Shown here piece after piece: positions 60,682-64,000 of a stretch of DNA of 64,000 bases. Below the pieces are notes generated by a model. That model was given only the letters and a program-made list of their open reading frames with translations, ran no database searches and was not told the DNA's origin. The stretch spans positions 192,001-256,000 of the forward strand of contig CAXXVL010000001.1 of the NCBI GenBank assembly GCA_963667845.2. The letters run 5' to 3'. The stretch comes from Smithellaceae bacterium. Its GTDB lineage: Bacteria; Desulfobacterota; Syntrophia; Syntrophales; Smithellaceae. The number at the start of each line of letters is the position of its first letter. Within the stretch, counting starts at the first letter, position 1. The translations under genes and the position numbers were made by a program.

Positions 60682-60822
60682 TTCCATTTTCAATTCAAGA
60701 TGATATCGCGGCGGCTAAGAGGAGGCGATGAGGCGTATTACTTATACGTCGAGGAAGCAGACGACCCCCTTGGCAGGGGGCGCGTGACGCCAACAAAGGT
60801 AGCGCTTGAATCGGAAATGGAA
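60682..60822. mobile_element. MITE-like element
   Basis: Terminal inverted repeats TTCCATTTTCAATTCAAG / CTTGAATCGGAAATGGAA (16/18 match), 141 bp, non-coding. Confidence 0.55.
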
Positions 60823-60871
60823 GGGCTCATTTCGCGACAGCCGAATACGTGCCTGCGGTTCAAACAGTTCG

Positions 60872-60995
60872 ACAGGATTGCAAGAATACTCATGACCGCC
60901 GGCATGACAAAAGCCAGACGATAGCTAGAAGTCGCATCACATATTCTACCGGAGATAAAGGGTCCAAATGCGCCAAAGCCCGATGATGAATATTG
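60872..60995 (-). pseudogene. Fragment resembling the 3' part of the MFS gene (62962..63084)
   Basis: About 90% identity (11 substitutions and 1 indel by eye). Confidence 0.85.
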
Positions 60996-61183
60996 AGTAC
61001 GACAAGGGGTCAAGTATTCTCTTTGCTCAACTTTTAAAAGTTCGAGCATAGATGTATTCGCCAATAACAGCATACGGCTGATTTATCAGGGCTTTAAAAG
61101 GAACTTTTGATAATTTGTTGATTTCTTTTTAGAGATGCAATATTTTACACGAACAAAAAGAATTCTTATTCGCGAGGTGCCTT

Positions 61184-61579
61184 ATGTTTTCTAAATTGTT
61201 CACTTCGGGCAGCATTATCATCGGTCTTCTCTTTATCGTTGGTTTTAGTGGACCAGTGCAGAGCCAAACTTTGAACCCGGCATTGGAACAGCAATTCATG
61301 GATGCCAAAACGGCCATTCTTGCAGCGCAGTCGGCACAGGCAGACAAGTACGCACCGGACAAGCTGAAAGAAGCCATGGAGTGCATGACCCGGGCAGATC
61401 GTGCGCGCCTGGCAAAGGACGAAATAGAGTTCTCACAAGCCACGCGTATGGCCCGTGCTTTTGCTGAACTGGCGACAGTTTCGTCTGAATTGGAGATCAA
61501 ACGGGAAAAACAGGCTGCTGTTCAGATTGAACTGCAAGAAATCAAAGCTGAAATTCAAGGTCTGGAAAAAGAAAGATAG
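61184..61579 (+). CDS. DUF4398-type exported helical protein
   Basis: Signal peptide; A..AI..A..A.A.KYAP..L..A pattern; typical partner of the downstream OmpA gene. Confidence 0.75.
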   Translation: MFSKLFTSGSIIIGLLFIVGFSGPVQSQTLNPALEQQFMDAKTAILAAQSAQADKYAPDKLKEAMECMTRADRARLAKDEIEFSQATRMARAFAELATVSSELEIKREKQAAVQIELQEIKAEIQGLEKER

Positions 61580-61588
61580 GAGGTGGTA

Positions 61589-62710
61589 ATGCCCATGAAA
61601 TATAGTAAATGGACCGTTTTATTTCTTATGATCGTTGCCATCGCGGGGATCACCGCTTTCATGCCTGTTGCAGCCTCGGCTGCAGATTTGTCTTCGGACA
61701 TCGAGGCGGTAAAAGCCGCCATTGACAAGGCGCGCATGGCCGGAGCAGACGTCAACGCGCAGGATGATTTGAGACAGGCAAAGTCCTGGTTGGACCAGGC
61801 GGAAAAGGAGTATACCAGGTCTCAATCGTTATGGTCCCGCGGCATCAAATTGGTCACGTCTGATGAAAAGAAGAAAAAGGAAATCCAGTATCTTGCAACA
61901 ATGGCTAGAATTCATGGTCAGATTGCCGAAGCAAAGTCGTTGACGTCGGCCGTTTCCAGCGAATTGACGGACATGCAAAAGCAACTGGCAGACTATCGGG
62001 AAACGCTGGATGTGTTGAAGAAAAAGTCGGCCGAAGCAGTGCAGGCCAGAAAGATTAAGGCTCAGGCCGAAACCCAGCAAAAAGAATTGGAACAGGAAAA
62101 GAAAAAAGCTGCCCTTTTGGAGTCCAAAAAAGCAAAGGAGTTAGAGGAGGCAAGAAGAAAAGTAGCTGAACTGGAAGCACTCAAACGGAAGGAACTGGAG
62201 GATGTCAGTTCGAAAGGACAGCTGCTTGCCTCACAAAGGGCAAAGGAAGAAGAGGAACTGAAAGTTTTGCAGCGAAAAATGGCTTTCCTGGAGAAAATTA
62301 AGGCTATGACGGCGGATGCCGCAAAAATTTCGGACGTTACCGTGATACCGGTTGACACGGGAGTATTGATTACTGCCGCTGTGGGCAACATTTTTTCGGC
62401 AAAGAACGACATCATTCCCCGAGGCAAATCCCTGTTGGACCAGGTGGCCGGTTATTTGGAAAAATATCCTGCGGGCGCAGTCACCATAAGCTGTTATACA
62501 GATAATGTCGGCAAAGCGGACAAAAATCGTCTTCTCACCGAAAAACGCGCTCAAAAAGTGAAAAACTACCTTGTGGATTTTCATAACATTGCAGCTGATC
62601 GAATTGCTGTCAAAGGCATGGGCTCAACTCAACCCGTTGCCGACAACAACACGGCAGCCGGTCGTTCCCTCAATCGCCGGGTAGAAATCGGCGTTACAGT
62701 GGAACAATAG
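61589..62710 (+). CDS. DUF4398-like / coiled coil / OmpA C-terminal domain protein
   Basis: YTDNVG...N..L...RA..V..YL, G.G..QPVA.N....GR..NRRVEI. Confidence 0.9.
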   Translation: MPMKYSKWTVLFLMIVAIAGITAFMPVAASAADLSSDIEAVKAAIDKARMAGADVNAQDDLRQAKSWLDQAEKEYTRSQSLWSRGIKLVTSDEKKKKEIQYLATMARIHGQIAEAKSLTSAVSSELTDMQKQLADYRETLDVLKKKSAEAVQARKIKAQAETQQKELEQEKKKAALLESKKAKELEEARRKVAELEALKRKELEDVSSKGQLLASQRAKEEEELKVLQRKMAFLEKIKAMTADAAKISDVTVIPVDTGVLITAAVGNIFSAKNDIIPRGKSLLDQVAGYLEKYPAGAVTISCYTDNVGKADKNRLLTEKRAQKVKNYLVDFHNIAADRIAVKGMGSTQPVADNNTAAGRSLNRRVEIGVTVEQ

Positions 62711-62914
62711 AAATTTCTGCCAGAAATGAAAAATTAATTTTGGGTATTTTTTCGGGAAACCCTGGCCTCTTGCAGAAGACACTGAGGAGGCCAGGGGGAC
62801 AACCTTAAGCATCTAAGTATCTCAAACAATCCGCAGTTGGAACGGGGCATGCCGGATGCCCCGGTAAAGTTGCCGCCTTTTATCAGCCAGCATTCCAAGA
62901 CCCGCCCCGATCCG

Positions 62915-64000
62915 TCAATCTGTCGTTTTTGCAAGGTGCGTTTTTTTTATTGCAAGGGCAAACAGGATGGAAAGCATACTCATGACCGCCAGCATGACAA
63001 AGGCCAGACGATAGCTGGAAGTCGCATCAAATATTTTACCGGCGATAAAGGGTCCGAATGCGCCCAGCCCGATGATGAATATTGTAAATCCGAATATGGT
63101 GCCATGATATTTCAGACCGAAGAGTTCAGCAAGATATGGTGATTGTATGGCTGCAAATCCGCCATAACCGAAAGCAAAGATTACGGCAAAGATGTAAAGC
63201 ACCCAGAGGGTATCGGACAGTTGGATGATGATAAAAGATGCCAACATCAGCGAGCCAATCAAAATCGCAACCGGTTTATTGCCCAGGCGGTCGATAACGA
63301 CACCCAGCGATACTTTGCTGACAATGCTCACGGCGCCGATTACGGAAATAATCGTGGCAGCGGTTACTTCCGCTATTCCGACATCTGTGGCATGAGGAAC
63401 GATATGCACCAATATGGACTGCAAGCATGATCCCATCATGAGAAAAACCCCGCAGACCAGCCAGAATTGCGCGCTGAGGAGTGCCTGTTTGAAGGTAAAG
63501 TGCCCAGAGTGATGTTCGTGGTGCGCCGACATGCCCAGGGCCGATTGTCCGATTTCCGACGGGTCGCGTTTTAACATTTGTGCACCGGCAATGACCAGGA
63601 TCAGTACGGTGAGGCCGATAATGACATAGGAAGTGCGCCAGCCGAAACTTGATATGTAGAAGCTGGATAACGGGGGGCCAAGCATGACTCCGGCCCCAAC
63701 TCCGGCAGAAGTAATGCCGCTCATCATGCCTCTTCTCACAACAAACCATCTGGATATTGTTGAAAGCAGAGGAACCCAGGTGCCGGCGACGCCAATACTC
63801 GCGAAAACTCCAAAAATGATATAAATTTGCCACATCGCCTGCACCTGCGACATCACTATATAGCTGATGCCGAGAAGCGACCCGCAAATCGTCACGACCA
63901 ACCGAGGGCCGTATCTGTCGCAGAGCTTACCCGTGAAGATACATGCTACGGACTGGATGACCAGACCTATGGAATAGGCGCCGGAAAGTGCTGCTCTGGA
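62915..64000 (-). CDS. MFS transporter (OFA/MCT-like), 5' end outside window
   Basis: Frame open to edge: G.L.DRYGPR, ISRWF..RRG, FGWR, LAELFG...G.IFG, FD.T.SY. Confidence 0.9.
   Translation of the reverse strand, partial: SRAALSGAYSIGLVIQSVACIFTGKLCDRYGPRLVVTICGSLLGISYIVMSQVQAMWQIYIIFGVFASIGVAGTWVPLLSTISRWFVVRRGMMSGITSAGVGAGVMLGPPLSSFYISSFGWRTSYVIIGLTVLILVIAGAQMLKRDPSEIGQSALGMSAHHEHHSGHFTFKQALLSAQFWLVCGVFLMMGSCLQSILVHIVPHATDVGIAEVTAATIISVIGAVSIVSKVSLGVVIDRLGNKPVAILIGSLMLASFIIIQLSDTLWVLYIFAVIFAFGYGGFAAIQSPYLAELFGLKYHGTIFGFTIFIIGLGAFGPFIAGKIFDATSSYRLAFVMLAVMSMLSILFALAIKKTHLAKTTD

Noticed and set aside
60738..61073. 111-aa ORF as a real gene
   Set aside because: Composed of the MFS fragment plus MITE-like sequence.
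60872..63084. Diversity-generating retroelement TR/VR pair
   Set aside because: Mismatches are not confined to adenines of one copy, there is an indel, and no reverse transcriptase is in the window.

Overview
A gene-dense 64 kb bacterial chromosomal segment of moderately high GC. The gene content (CoA transferase, ADP-forming acyl-CoA ligase subunit, iron-sulfur flavoprotein, desulforedoxin-like protein, C-GCAxxG-C-C and TIGR04076 proteins, TolC/OmpA) suggests an anaerobic Gram-negative deltaproteobacterium such as Syntrophales; this is inference, not demonstrated. It holds about 55 CDS for acyl-CoA/lipid metabolism, redox, transport and signalling. I saw no rRNA, tRNA, CRISPR array or intact transposase. 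The standout is a minus-strand cluster at 41.7-49.7 kb: TolC, a PAS-domain/periplasmic-adaptor fusion, an ABC ATPase, a MacB-type permease, two small Sec-exported Cys-containing proteins and an Lnt-like N-acyltransferase. One small protein is predicted to start Gly-Gly-Gly after signal cleavage. This is the parts list of the enterobacterial Aat (AatPABCD plus CexE/dispersin) glycine-acylation secretion system, here with an added PAS domain and a second candidate cargo. Other items: a 5-copy modular REP-like repeat, two candidate structured RNAs, CarF/TMEM189-like and delta-9-like desaturases, an ACP-FAAL-PlsC fusion, an attC-like site, an IS3 remnant, a MITE-like element, a duplicated MFS 3' end, and two small ORFs below the ORF-track size cutoff. 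All family assignments come from motif recognition by eye, not from database searches.
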